DNA from: Proteocatella sp.
GTDB lineage: Bacteria; Bacillota; Clostridia; Peptostreptococcales; Filifactoraceae
Length of the DNA stretch: 64,000 bases
Assembly: GCA_041738345.1 (NCBI GenBank)
Contig: JBGSPX010000031.1
Span: forward strand, 62 to 64,061
Direction of reading: 5' to 3'
Shown here in pieces: positions 46,413 through 56,556 of this stretch. The notes under the pieces are model-generated. The model did no database searches. It had not been told where the DNA came from and saw only the letters and a program-made list of their open reading frames with translations. Every line of letters begins with the position of its first letter. The first letter of the stretch is position 1. The position numbers and the translations under genes were made by a program.

Positions 46413-48080
46413 ATGGCAAAGAAAACCGCAAAGCTTAAAGTAATACCTTTGGGCGGAATGCAAGAAATTGGAAAAAATATGACGGTGATAGAATATAAAA
46501 ATGAAATATTGCTTATAGATTGTGGAATGGGTTTTCCCGAAGATGAGATGCTTGGAATAGATATAGTAATCCCAGATATAACTTATCTTGTAAAAAATGC
46601 TGCTATGGTTAAGGGTATTTTAATAACTCATGGTCATGAGGATCATATAGGAGCGATACCGTATGTATTAAAGAAAATAAATGTACCTATATATGCTTCG
46701 AAACTGGCAATAGGGCTTATAGCTAATAAACTTAAGGAACATAGAATAACAGATGCTCAACTTATTGAAGTCGAAATTGGCGAAAAGGTAAAAGTTGGAA
46801 ATTTTGGGGTAGATTTTATAAGAGTTAATCACAGTATTCCAGATGCATGTGCATTAGCAATACACACAGCTGCAGGGGTGATATTTCACTCGGGAGATTT
46901 CAAAGTAGATTATACTCCTATAGATGGAAATTTAATGGATTTTCATAAACTTGCAGAACTTGGTAAAAATGGTGTAGCGCTTATGCTTTGTGAGAGTACA
47001 AATGTAGAGAGAGAAGGCCATACTGTATCAGAAAAGGTGGTTGGAAAAACTTTTGATAACATATTTTCTGAGATAAAGAAAAATAGAATTTTAGTAGCTA
47101 CGTTTTCTTCTAATGTACACAGAGTACAGCAGATTGTAGATTCAGCAGCCAAATATAACCGAAAAGTTGTTATATCAGGAAGATCAATGTTAAATACAAT
47201 AGGTATAGCTCAAGCGTTGGGATATATACAGATTCCAAAGGGGACGTTAATCGATATAAATGAAATGAATAGATATGGAGATCATGAACTTCTTATATTA
47301 ACAACGGGCTCTCAAGGAGAACCAATGGCTGCGCTTTCAAGAATAGCAGCAAAAGAACATAAAAAGATAATGATAAAAAAAGGTGATGTGGTAATAATGT
47401 CAGCTCACCCAATTCCTGGAAATGAAAAAGGCGTATCAAAAGTAATAAACCAGTTATTTGAAAATGGAGCAGAAGTAATATATGAAAGTCTTTCAGAAAT
47501 TCATGTTTCTGGACATGCTTGTAGAGAAGAATTAAAACTTATGCATAGACTTATAAATCCTAAATATTTTATGCCAGTTCATGGAGAATATAGACATTTA
47601 GAGCAACATGCAAGACTTGCTGTAGAACTTGGAATGGAAGAACAGGATATATTTAAGCTTTCAAATGGACAAATATTAGAATTAGATAAAAAAGGCTGTG
47701 CAATTACAGGAAGAGTACCATCAGGCAATATATTGGTAGACGGTCTTGGGGTTGGAGATGTTGGAAACATTGTGCTTAGAGACAGAAAACATCTTTCTGA
47801 GGATGGACTTATTGTAGTAGTAGTTTCTATGTCTGGGGAAGATGGAGCTGTAGTTTCAGGTCCAGATATAATTTCAAGAGGCTTTGTATATGTAAGAGAG
47901 TCTGAAGATTTAATAGATGAATGTAAAGCTATTGTAAAAAAATGTTTAACTAGATGTGAAGAGAAAAATATAAGAGAGTGGTCTTATATTAAAAATATGA
48001 TAAGAGAAGATCTTAAAAAATATCTTTATGAGAAAACGAAAAGAAATCCAATGATTCTTCCTATAATAATGGAAGTTTAA
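46413..48080 (+). CDS. rnj: Ribonuclease J
   Basis: Metallo-beta-lactamase motif ITHGHEDHIGA, the beta-CASP region and a C-terminal domain. The protein is 555 aa. Confidence 0.95.
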   Translation: MAKKTAKLKVIPLGGMQEIGKNMTVIEYKNEILLIDCGMGFPEDEMLGIDIVIPDITYLVKNAAMVKGILITHGHEDHIGAIPYVLKKINVPIYASKLAIGLIANKLKEHRITDAQLIEVEIGEKVKVGNFGVDFIRVNHSIPDACALAIHTAAGVIFHSGDFKVDYTPIDGNLMDFHKLAELGKNGVALMLCESTNVEREGHTVSEKVVGKTFDNIFSEIKKNRILVATFSSNVHRVQQIVDSAAKYNRKVVISGRSMLNTIGIAQALGYIQIPKGTLIDINEMNRYGDHELLILTTGSQGEPMAALSRIAAKEHKKIMIKKGDVVIMSAHPIPGNEKGVSKVINQLFENGAEVIYESLSEIHVSGHACREELKLMHRLINPKYFMPVHGEYRHLEQHARLAVELGMEEQDIFKLSNGQILELDKKGCAITGRVPSGNILVDGLGVGDVGNIVLRDRKHLSEDGLIVVVVSMSGEDGAVVSGPDIISRGFVYVRESEDLIDECKAIVKKCLTRCEEKNIREWSYIKNMIREDLKKYLYEKTKRNPMILPIIMEV

Positions 48081-48093
48081 AAAAGGAGTATTT

Positions 48094-48714
48094 ATGCTTA
48101 ATAATTATTTGATAGAATTTTTGATTATATTACCTGGAGTATTAATGGCAATATCTTTTCATGAATTTGCACATGCAGCAGTAGCTTATATAATGGGAGA
48201 TTCTACAGCTAAGAATGAAGGAAGAATGAGTATAAATCCTTCTAAGCATTTAGATCCAATTGGCTTTATGATGCTTATGATAGCAAGATTTGGCTGGGCA
48301 AAACCAGTTCCTGTAAATGAAAATAACTTTAAAAATAGAGCATTAGGGAGTTTTTTGGTTTCTATAGCTGGGATAAGCATGAATATATTAATTGCTATCG
48401 TGACTATAATAATTGTTCATTTTACACAAGGTTTATTTTCCAATTATGCTTACTATCAAGTTATGTCTAGTATAATACAAATAAATATATCTTTTGCGGC
48501 ATTTAATCTTTTACCAGTACCGCCACTAGATGGTTCAAAATTATTACTTTCATTGCTACCTGCAAAATATAGGCATTTTGTGTATAAGTATGAAAATTAT
48601 GGAACATTAGTACTGATTTTACTGCTTATAACAGGAACTATTGGAATCGTTTTGAGTCCTATAGTAAATTTGATAATTGCATTTATAACTACTATTATAA
48701 ATATAATATTATAG
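48094..48714 (+). CDS. Site-2 protease (M50) family membrane metalloprotease
   Basis: The HEFAHA zinc motif within a TM helix, and NLLPVPPLDGSKLL. Confidence 0.8.
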   Translation: MLNNYLIEFLIILPGVLMAISFHEFAHAAVAYIMGDSTAKNEGRMSINPSKHLDPIGFMMLMIARFGWAKPVPVNENNFKNRALGSFLVSIAGISMNILIAIVTIIIVHFTQGLFSNYAYYQVMSSIIQINISFAAFNLLPVPPLDGSKLLLSLLPAKYRHFVYKYENYGTLVLILLLITGTIGIVLSPIVNLIIAFITTIINIIL

Positions 48715-48721
48715 AGGGAAA

Positions 48722-49414
48722 ATGGAATATAAAATCGATAACATAAGCTTTTCAGGTCCGCTAGACTTGTTGTTAGATTTGGTTAAAAAGAATAAATGTG
48801 AAATAAAAGATATAATAATTCTAGATATAATAAATCAATATCTGAAAATAATAGAGACTATGAGTAAATCAAAGCTTGAAATTGGATCGGAATTTATTGT
48901 AATGGCAGCATCGTTGATGGAAATTAAATCGAAGTATTTTATTTTCCTAAATGACGAAGTAAGCGAAGGCGACCCAAGCAAAGATTTGATTAAAATGCTT
49001 GAGATTTATAGCTACTATAAAAACATGGCGGAAGAACTTAAACAAAACTATGAAGAAACGCCTGTTATTTATACAAATAAACCTTATGAGGTGCTTACGC
49101 AAGAAATATTAGATCTTACTAAATATAATTCAGAAGATTTATTAAAATCTTTTTTGGGAACGTTAAAAGTGACTCAAAAACCAAAGCCGCAGATAATAAG
49201 TTTTAAGAAGGTATCTATAGATGAAAAAATAAGAGACATTGAAAGTTTATTACAAAAAAATTCCAATATATATTTTACAAATATACTAAATACAACAGAT
49301 AAAGATGAAGTAGTGGCTTCATTACTTGGAGTTTTAGAACTTACAAAAGAACAAAAAGTTGAAATATATCAAAAGCAGGTATTTAAAGATATATTGATTG
49401 AGAGGCTGTATTAG
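48722..49414 (+). CDS. scpA: Segregation and condensation protein A
   Basis: FSGPLDLLLDLVKKNKCEIKDI is the N-terminal ScpA signature. The gene is adjacent to scpB. Confidence 0.85.
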   Translation: MEYKIDNISFSGPLDLLLDLVKKNKCEIKDIIILDIINQYLKIIETMSKSKLEIGSEFIVMAASLMEIKSKYFIFLNDEVSEGDPSKDLIKMLEIYSYYKNMAEELKQNYEETPVIYTNKPYEVLTQEILDLTKYNSEDLLKSFLGTLKVTQKPKPQIISFKKVSIDEKIRDIESLLQKNSNIYFTNILNTTDKDEVVASLLGVLELTKEQKVEIYQKQVFKDILIERLY

Positions 49415-49415
49415 A

Positions 49416-49991
49416 ATGAATATTGATAAAATAGTAAGTGTTTTAGAATCTATACTTTTTGTATCATCAGAGCCGTTAAGTATAAAGGATTTTCAAAAAA
49501 TATTTTTAGAATCAGGAGAAGCGTTAGTATCAATAAAGGATATTAAGCTTGCGATGGATAAGCTTGAAAAGAAGTATCAAAAAAAAGACTCAGGCTTATC
49601 ACTTCTTAAAATTGAAACTAGCTATCAGCTTATTTCAAGAATAGATAATAACTTTTATGTAGAAAAAATATTAATAAAAAAACGAAAAAAATCTTTATCT
49701 CAAGCAGCACTTGAGGTGTTGAGTATAATTGCATATAAGCAACCTATAACCAAAATAGAAATTGAAGAAATACGCGGAGTAAAGTCTGATAGTGTACTTT
49801 CAGGTTTATTAGAAAATGAGCTTATATATGAAAGTGGAAGACTTGAAAAGATAGGAAAACCAATTTTGTATTCTACTACAGATAAATTTCTTGTAGAATT
49901 TGGGCTAAAAAGCTTAAAAGATTTACCCACAAATATATCTGAGAGTACAGAGCCTGTTCAGATAAATATAGGAGAAGAATATGGGAAATAA
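49416..49991 (+). CDS. scpB: Segregation and condensation protein B
   Basis: The protein starts at MNIDKIVSVLESILFVSSEPLSI. It also carries LSQAALEVLSIIAYKQPITKIEIEEIRGV. Confidence 0.85.
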   Translation: MNIDKIVSVLESILFVSSEPLSIKDFQKIFLESGEALVSIKDIKLAMDKLEKKYQKKDSGLSLLKIETSYQLISRIDNNFYVEKILIKKRKKSLSQAALEVLSIIAYKQPITKIEIEEIRGVKSDSVLSGLLENELIYESGRLEKIGKPILYSTTDKFLVEFGLKSLKDLPTNISESTEPVQINIGEEYGK

Positions 49992-50469
49992 TACGGGGAA
50001 TAGTTATTTTTTTATAATTATATATATTTTTTCGGCATACCTATTAGTAAAGGCAATTTATACAGCATTTTTCACAAAATTAGTTACCTTTGAAGATTAT
50101 CAAAGGCGTTCAGCGCACTATGTATCATATTTTAAAGCAAGACAAAAAGCTATAGAGGTTATGGAGAGAGCGCTAACAGAGCTAGACCTAAACAATGAGG
50201 AAAAGACATCAGCTGTTTTTCAAATTGGAGTACAATATCATTACAAAAGAGATTATAAAAAAGCGGTAGAATATTTTGATAAAGTATGGAATTATATAAA
50301 GAAGTCAAAAGTGCCATATGAAAAAATGTTAGCCTGCATAGTTGTAGCTAATTACAATGTGGGCAATAAAGATAAGGCAAGAGAAATTTATCATGTTTTA
50401 AGGACTAAGGAAAAATATGATCCAAGATATAGCCAATTAGATTATCTTGAGGGGACTATTTTTAAATAA
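49981..50469 (+). CDS. Hypothetical membrane-anchored TPR-like protein
   Basis: One N-terminal TM helix, then helical repeats with TPR-like spacing (YKKAVEYFDKV, KDKAREIY). It overlaps the scpB end by 11 nt. Confidence 0.5.
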   Translation: MGNNTGNSYFFIIIYIFSAYLLVKAIYTAFFTKLVTFEDYQRRSAHYVSYFKARQKAIEVMERALTELDLNNEEKTSAVFQIGVQYHYKRDYKKAVEYFDKVWNYIKKSKVPYEKMLACIVVANYNVGNKDKAREIYHVLRTKEKYDPRYSQLDYLEGTIFK

Positions 50470-50479
50470 TGGAGGAAAG

Positions 50480-52321
50480 ATGAAGGAAATATATAGTTTT
50501 TTAGGTGAAGTAGAAAAACCAGGGAGATATATAGGAAATGAGCTTAATATCATAAGAAAAAATCCAGACGATAAAATGATAAGATTTGGATTTATATTCC
50601 CTGATGTGTATGAGATAGGTATGAGTCACCTAGGACTGCATATACTCCACGGAGCTTTGAATGAATCAGATAATGTTTGGTGTGAAAGAGCGTTTTCTGT
50701 AGGTACAGACATGGAAGAGAAGCTTAGAGAACACAAATTGCCGATATTTACTTTAGAAAGTAAAACTCCAATAAATGAACTTGATTTTGTAGGATTTACG
50801 CTTCAATATGAGATGTCTTATACTAATATATTAAATATTCTTGATATAAGTAGTATACCTGCATTTTCAAAAGATAGAACAACAGAATATCCACTAATAA
50901 TATTTGGTGGTCCATGTGCATATAATGTAGAACCAATTGCGGATTTTGCAGATATAGTGCTACTTGGTGAAGGCGAAGAATCACTTCCTGAAATCATGAA
51001 AGTTTATGAAAAATATAAAGCTGAGCTTACAGATGAAACCAAAAAAGAATTTTTACTTGAAGTAGCAAGAACTGTAGAAGGGGCATATATACCTGCTTTT
51101 TATGAACCACAGTATGATGAGAACGGCAAATTCTCAAGCATTAAATTATTGGAATCAAATATTCCTTCGATAATAAAAAAACGAATAATGAGAGATATGG
51201 ATAGTTCATACTTTCCAGAAAAGCTATTAGTTCCGAATATAGATGTAGTTCACTCTAGAATAATGTTAGAGCTTTTTAGGGGATGCACAAGAGGCTGTAG
51301 ATTTTGTCAAGCGGGCATAGTGTATAGACCTATACGAGAAAAAAGTACGCCAAGACTTATGGAAATCGCAGAGAAACTGATTCGTACAACAGGATATGAA
51401 GAGGTTTCACTTACATCACTTAGTAGTAGTGACTATTCACAGATAGAGTCACTTTTAGAGCAGATGGACAACAAATATTCATGTGAAAATCTAAGTTTAT
51501 CACTGCCTTCTTTAAGATTAGATAATTTTTCAATTGAAATGGCTGAGAAAGTTCAAAAAGCAAGACGTTCAGGGCTTACATTTGCGCCAGAGGCAGGCAC
51601 ACAAAGGCTTAGGGATGTAATAAACAAAGGGGTAACTAAAGACGATTTAATAAATACTTGTAGAAAAGCGTTTGAAAGTGGATGGAGTAACATAAAGCTT
51701 TACTTCATGACAGGACTTCCAACAGAAACCTATGAAGATTTAGATGGTATCGTGGATTTAGCACATGCTGTTCTAGACGTAAATAGAGAAGTCAACGGAG
51801 GCAGATTGGCTCCACGCTTTAATGTTACCGTAAGTACTTCAGTGTTTGTTCCAAAACCTAACACACCTTTTCAGTGGTTTTCGCAAGATACTAAAGAAAT
51901 TATGGAAGAAAAACAGCGTTATTTAAAACAAAAGCTAAGACATAAAAATATAAGTTATGATTACCATGATGCAGATTTAAGCTTTTTAGAGGCAGTAATT
52001 GCAAGAGGTGATAGAGGAGTTTCTAAAGCAATTTATGCTGCATTTAAAAAAGGTTGTAGATTTGATAGCTGGGGAGAACATTTTAAATATGATTTATGGA
52101 TGGAAGCTTTTGAAGAAAATGGAATAAATCCATATGAAATAGCAAGTGGAACATGGAATATAGAAGATGCACTTCCGTGGGATCATTTAGATACAGGGGT
52201 TTTAAAATCATATTTAGTAAGAGAATGGAATGCAGCAGTGAATGAAAAAACTACCGGAGATTGCAGAGGGAACTGCCTTGGTTGTGGAATAAATACTGGT
52301 ATAGGAAAGGGACTTTGCTAA
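50480..52321 (+). CDS. B12-binding-domain radical SAM protein (TIGR03960-type)
   Basis: Start at MKEIYSFLGEVEKPGRYIGNE (RBS GGAGGA). The radical SAM cluster motif is CTRGCRFCQAG. The protein is 613 aa. Confidence 0.9.
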   Translation: MKEIYSFLGEVEKPGRYIGNELNIIRKNPDDKMIRFGFIFPDVYEIGMSHLGLHILHGALNESDNVWCERAFSVGTDMEEKLREHKLPIFTLESKTPINELDFVGFTLQYEMSYTNILNILDISSIPAFSKDRTTEYPLIIFGGPCAYNVEPIADFADIVLLGEGEESLPEIMKVYEKYKAELTDETKKEFLLEVARTVEGAYIPAFYEPQYDENGKFSSIKLLESNIPSIIKKRIMRDMDSSYFPEKLLVPNIDVVHSRIMLELFRGCTRGCRFCQAGIVYRPIREKSTPRLMEIAEKLIRTTGYEEVSLTSLSSSDYSQIESLLEQMDNKYSCENLSLSLPSLRLDNFSIEMAEKVQKARRSGLTFAPEAGTQRLRDVINKGVTKDDLINTCRKAFESGWSNIKLYFMTGLPTETYEDLDGIVDLAHAVLDVNREVNGGRLAPRFNVTVSTSVFVPKPNTPFQWFSQDTKEIMEEKQRYLKQKLRHKNISYDYHDADLSFLEAVIARGDRGVSKAIYAAFKKGCRFDSWGEHFKYDLWMEAFEENGINPYEIASGTWNIEDALPWDHLDTGVLKSYLVREWNAAVNEKTTGDCRGNCLGCGINTGIGKGLC

Positions 52322-52983
52322 TGATTTTAAGATGTAAATTTACTAAAATAGGAGATATTGCTTATATATCACATTTAGACCTTTTAAAAATATTTATAAG
52401 AGCACTTAGACGTTCACAAATAGAAGTTAATTATAGCGAAGGATTTCATCCTCATCCGAAAATAAGTTTTTCTTCGGCGCTAAGTTTGGGAATCCAGAGT
52501 TATTCTGAATTTCTAGATATCGATATAAAAAATCCAAGCGATGAAAAAGATTTTATGAAAAGAATAAATGATTCGCTTCCAGAAGGAATTGATATAGTAG
52601 AGTATAAAGTGGTGGAAAAACCACAGGTGCTTACAAAAACTATGAGCCATAGTTTGTATGAATTTTATTTTGAAGAAGAGGTTTCGTTTTTAGAGCCAAT
52701 CATAGAAACAGTAATGAAGTCTGAAAATTTGACAATTCAAAAGAAAAACAAGAAAAAACAGCTTAAAGAAGTTAATGTTAGAGAAAAAATTTATGAGTTA
52801 GAAGTAAATCTTGAAAAAAATCAAGTCAATGCTATACTTTTAAATTCTGCAGAAGGCGCACTAAAACCATCAGAATTAATAAAAGCTATAAATGAAAACT
52901 ATAGCCTTGAAATAAAACCATATAGTACGATAAAGCGAGCATCTATGCTTTTACAAGAGGATGGAAGTTTTAAGGTGGTATAA
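52321..52983 (+). CDS. Radical-SAM-linked protein (TIGR03936 / DUF2344)
   Basis: MILRCKFTKIGDIAYISHLDLLKIFIRALRRS...GFHPHPKISF is the family signature. The ATG overlaps the upstream stop (TAATG). Confidence 0.85.
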   Translation: MILRCKFTKIGDIAYISHLDLLKIFIRALRRSQIEVNYSEGFHPHPKISFSSALSLGIQSYSEFLDIDIKNPSDEKDFMKRINDSLPEGIDIVEYKVVEKPQVLTKTMSHSLYEFYFEEEVSFLEPIIETVMKSENLTIQKKNKKKQLKEVNVREKIYELEVNLEKNQVNAILLNSAEGALKPSELIKAINENYSLEIKPYSTIKRASMLLQEDGSFKVV

Positions 52984-52987
52984 TTTT

Positions 52988-54319
52988 ATGATTAAATTAA
53001 TATTTGAAGATACAGATTTATTTCAAAAATATGCCATATTAGAAAACAATTCGCTTTTATATCTTGAAGTTGTTGAAAAAGATAGATTTGCAAGTTTAGG
53101 AGATATCTATTTAGGTAGAGTCAAAAATGTCGTAAAAGGCCTAGAAGCTGCATTTTTAGATTTAGGAGAGGGTGTGGGTTTTCTTCCTATAAAAAAAGAC
53201 AAACTAGTACAAGGCGACAGCGTACTGGTTCAAGTTATAAAAGAGGGAAATGATTCTAAAAAACCAAAGCTTTCAAAAGATATAATGCTAAAAGGCAGGT
53301 ATGTTATTTATGTTCCATTTGAGGACGAAATAAGCATATCAAAAAAACTAACAGATGCTGATGCAGAAGTTATAGTAGATAACCTTAAGCTAGAATATCC
53401 TAAAAAAGGAATTATAATAAGAACTCAAGCAAAAAATATAGATTATAATGTAATTAAACAAGAATTAGATTTGCTTATTCAAAAATATCAAGATATAATA
53501 GAGGTTAATAGAGTAGGCTGTTTGCATACGGATAATAATCCTGAATTTAAAATAGCTGAGCTTATTGATAAATATAAGGTCAACGAAATCACTACTAATG
53601 ATTTTGAATTTTATAAAAGAAATAAAATTAGTTATTTTAGAGAAGATATAACTTTGAAGCATCAAGAAAACTATTGTTTTAATTACAATGGAATAAATCT
53701 TCAAAACTTAATGAATCAGCATATAAAATTTGATAAATTTAGTCTGTTTGTTCAAAAAACTGAAGCTATGACTGTGGTAGATATAGATTCGGGACATATC
53801 AAAGATACTAAATTAATGGAGTCACTTATATATGATATAAATCTTGCGGCTCTAGAAAAAATTTTGGAATTGTTAGAAATACTTGATATAGGTGGAATTA
53901 TAATTGTAGACCTTATAAATATGACAGATGAAAATAAGGAAAGACTAGATTTTAAGTTACAAAATATGTTAAAATCACAGAGGAAAAAAGTAAAAATATC
54001 ACCTATAACCAAAAGTAATCTTTTAGAGATTATAAGACAGAAATCTACAAATAGTATAATAGAAAAACTCACAAAACCATGTGAAATTTGTAGTGGAAGT
54101 GGAAGAACATATAAAGACAAATTTATTTTAGATGAATTTGAATTAGATTTGAAAAATAATACATCTAGTGAAGACTTTACTGAAATTAAAATTATCTCAA
54201 ATGAAGTACTTTATAAACGGCTACTGCCTTCTTTAGAAAAACTTGCAAATAAATATAATTGCAGTTTATCATTTATAAACTCAGATGATTATAAAAATAA
54301 AATAAAAATCATAAATTAA
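52988..54319 (+). CDS. Ribonuclease E/G-family protein
   Basis: S1 domain GDIYLGRVKNVVKGLEAAFLDLG. The motifs VVDIDSG and GGIIIVDLINM correspond to the Mg-site motifs. The zinc-link-like CEICSGSGR is present. Confidence 0.85.
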   Translation: MIKLIFEDTDLFQKYAILENNSLLYLEVVEKDRFASLGDIYLGRVKNVVKGLEAAFLDLGEGVGFLPIKKDKLVQGDSVLVQVIKEGNDSKKPKLSKDIMLKGRYVIYVPFEDEISISKKLTDADAEVIVDNLKLEYPKKGIIIRTQAKNIDYNVIKQELDLLIQKYQDIIEVNRVGCLHTDNNPEFKIAELIDKYKVNEITTNDFEFYKRNKISYFREDITLKHQENYCFNYNGINLQNLMNQHIKFDKFSLFVQKTEAMTVVDIDSGHIKDTKLMESLIYDINLAALEKILELLEILDIGGIIIVDLINMTDENKERLDFKLQNMLKSQRKKVKISPITKSNLLEIIRQKSTNSIIEKLTKPCEICSGSGRTYKDKFILDEFELDLKNNTSSEDFTEIKIISNEVLYKRLLPSLEKLANKYNCSLSFINSDDYKNKIKIIN

Positions 54320-54333
54320 GAGGAGACTGTAAA

Positions 54334-55347
54334 ATGGGAATCGAAAAATTGATAATTCCAAAAGGCTACAAAAGCAAACTGGATATAATGGAAACTGAAA
54401 TCGCAATCAAAGTATTAAAAGACAAATTTGAAAAAGAACTTTCAAAAAAATTGGACCTTACAAGGGTTTCAGCTCCACTTTTTGTAAAAAAAGCTACGGG
54501 CTTAAATGACGATTTAAACGGAGTAGAAAGACCAGTTGGATTTGATATGCTAGAAACAGGTCATGATGTTGAAATAGTTCAGTCACTAGCAAAATGGAAA
54601 AGAATGGCACTTTCTAAATATGGCTTTGAAACAGGTAAAGGGCTATATACAGATATGAATGCTATAAGAAGAGATGAAGAGCTAGACAATATACACTCTA
54701 TATATGTAGACCAGTGGGACTGGGAAAAAGTTATAGCAGAAAGTGATAGAAATTTAGATACACTTAAGACTGTAGTTACAGATATATATGAAGTATTTAA
54801 AATAACTGCACATCAGATGAATTATGAATTTCCTCAGCTTAATATAGAACTTCCAAATCAGATACATTTTATAACTTCACAAGAACTTCTAGAAATGTAT
54901 CCAGATAAAAATGCAAAGGAAAGAGAATACGAAATAGCAAAAGAGCATAAAGCAGTATTTATAATGCAAATAGGATGTAATCTTTCAAACGGAGAAATGC
55001 ATGATGGAAGAGCAGCGGACTATGATGATTGGAATTTAAATGGAGATATAATATTCTTTTATCCAGTACTTGATATTGCGCTTGAGCTTTCTTCAATGGG
55101 GATAAGAGTAGATTCAAAAGCACTTATAGAGCAATGTAAAATAAGAAATCAAGAAAATAAACTTGATATGGATTTCCAGAAAAGTATATTAGAAGGAACT
55201 GTACCTTTCACAGTAGGTGGAGGAATAGGACAATCAAGAATATGTATGTTTTTCCTTCAAAAAGCACATATAGGAGAAGTCCAAGCATCAATTTGGGATG
55301 ATGAAATGCTAAAAATTTGTGAGGAAAATGGTATAAATTTACTGTAA
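54334..55347 (+). CDS. asnA: Aspartate--ammonia ligase (asparagine synthetase A)
   Basis: 337 aa. The motifs LTRVSAPLFV, AIRRDEE.D..HSIYVDQWDWEKVI and GGGIGQSR are typical of AsnA. Confidence 0.9.
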   Translation: MGIEKLIIPKGYKSKLDIMETEIAIKVLKDKFEKELSKKLDLTRVSAPLFVKKATGLNDDLNGVERPVGFDMLETGHDVEIVQSLAKWKRMALSKYGFETGKGLYTDMNAIRRDEELDNIHSIYVDQWDWEKVIAESDRNLDTLKTVVTDIYEVFKITAHQMNYEFPQLNIELPNQIHFITSQELLEMYPDKNAKEREYEIAKEHKAVFIMQIGCNLSNGEMHDGRAADYDDWNLNGDIIFFYPVLDIALELSSMGIRVDSKALIEQCKIRNQENKLDMDFQKSILEGTVPFTVGGGIGQSRICMFFLQKAHIGEVQASIWDDEMLKICEENGINLL

Positions 55348-55364
55348 AAAGGCAAGGGGAACAA

Positions 55365-55622
55365 ATGTACAGAGTAAAAACCAAAATAGTTAATGAGATT
55401 GGGCTTCATGCAAGGTCAGTATCTGAATTTGTAAAAATAGCAGCTAGATATAAAGCTACAATATTTCTAGAATATATGAGCAGACCAATAAACGCTAAGA
55501 GTGTCGTGGGGTTATTGGCAGCAGCTATACCAAAAGATAGTGAAATTGCAATCTATGCTATGGGTGCAGATGAAGAAAATGCAGTTAATGAATTGGTACA
55601 ATTTATAGAGAATGACTACTAA
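55365..55622 (+). CDS. HPr-family phosphocarrier protein
   Basis: 85 aa. His15 is in GLHARS and Ser46 is in INAKSVVGLL. Confidence 0.85.
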   Translation: MYRVKTKIVNEIGLHARSVSEFVKIAARYKATIFLEYMSRPINAKSVVGLLAAAIPKDSEIAIYAMGADEENAVNELVQFIENDY

Positions 55623-55698
55623 AAATAAAGAGTGAAAAGTTTTTATATGCGTCAAATGGGATTTATTAATTTTATTGATATATTATGGAGGTCTATTT

Positions 55699-56505
55699 AT
55701 GAATTACGAAAAAATAATGACAGAGATCAAATCAGTAAGAGAATTCAAAAAGCAACCAGTAGATTCAAATCTTTTATCACTTATAATTAAAGATGCAGAA
55801 GAGCTAGGCAGCGTGGATGACAGTGTACTAAAGTTTTCAATAATTGAAGATGGTGAAAAGTTTTTTGAACGCTATGATGGTCAAATAGGCTATTACGGAA
55901 AACTTATAAAAGCACCAAGATATATCTTGGTTTTTGGAAAACCAGAAGACAAAACTAAATTTAAAGCAGGATATTTAACTGAATGGATGAGATTTAAACT
56001 TCAAGAAAATGAACTTGGTAGTTGCTGGATAACTGCAAAAAAAGACACTGACTATAAAACTATGTTTAACTTAGAAGAGGGAGAAACTTTACTAGCATGT
56101 CTTGGACTAGGATATGAATATGGTGGAGTATTTAAGAAAAATATAGATAAAAAAGCAGAAAGAAAAGGGCTTGTAGACTTTGTATATGATACTACATTTG
56201 GAAATCATATGACATGGGAAAAATTAACTCAAATGGCAATGGAAGAAGTTTTCTATTTAGCAAAATTTGCACCATCTTGGGGGAATAAACAGCCATGGAG
56301 TTTTGTAGTTACAGATAAAGAAATGTATTTAGTAATGGAAAAAAATGAAGAAAGCGATATGGATCTTGAAGCGGGAATAATTTCAGTATACTTTGTTAAA
56401 GCGGCACAATCAAAAGGATTTACTGTGGAGATAAAAGAATGTCAAGATGAAAATGAGATTAAAGTACCAGAAAATCAAGAAATAAAATTAAAATTCTTCT
56501 TTTAG
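55699..56505 (+). CDS. Nitroreductase-family protein (paralogue-like of 5491-6216)
   Basis: Start at MNYEKIMTEIKSVREFK (RBS GGAGG). The motifs YYGKLIKAP and LGSCWITA are shared with the other nitroreductase-like gene. Confidence 0.75.
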   Translation: MNYEKIMTEIKSVREFKKQPVDSNLLSLIIKDAEELGSVDDSVLKFSIIEDGEKFFERYDGQIGYYGKLIKAPRYILVFGKPEDKTKFKAGYLTEWMRFKLQENELGSCWITAKKDTDYKTMFNLEEGETLLACLGLGYEYGGVFKKNIDKKAERKGLVDFVYDTTFGNHMTWEKLTQMAMEEVFYLAKFAPSWGNKQPWSFVVTDKEMYLVMEKNEESDMDLEAGIISVYFVKAAQSKGFTVEIKECQDENEIKVPENQEIKLKFFF

Positions 56506-56517
56506 AGATTAAGACAG

Positions 56518-56543
56518 AAAGGGACTAATTAGTCCCTTTTTCA
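56518..56543 (+). terminator. Rho-independent terminator
   Basis: AAGGGACTA / TAGTCCCTT stem followed by TTT. Confidence 0.8.
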
Positions 56544-56556
56544 ATACGGAGGCATA

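Noticed and set aside
52988-54319. The possibility that the RNase E/G homologue is catalytically dead. The reason for suspicion is that VDLINM replaces the canonical IDFIDM.
   Set aside because: The residues corresponding to the two Mg-binding aspartates are present: the D of DIDSG and the first D of VDLINM. Only the non-ligand second Asp of the FIDM motif is changed, so there is no good evidence for inactivation.
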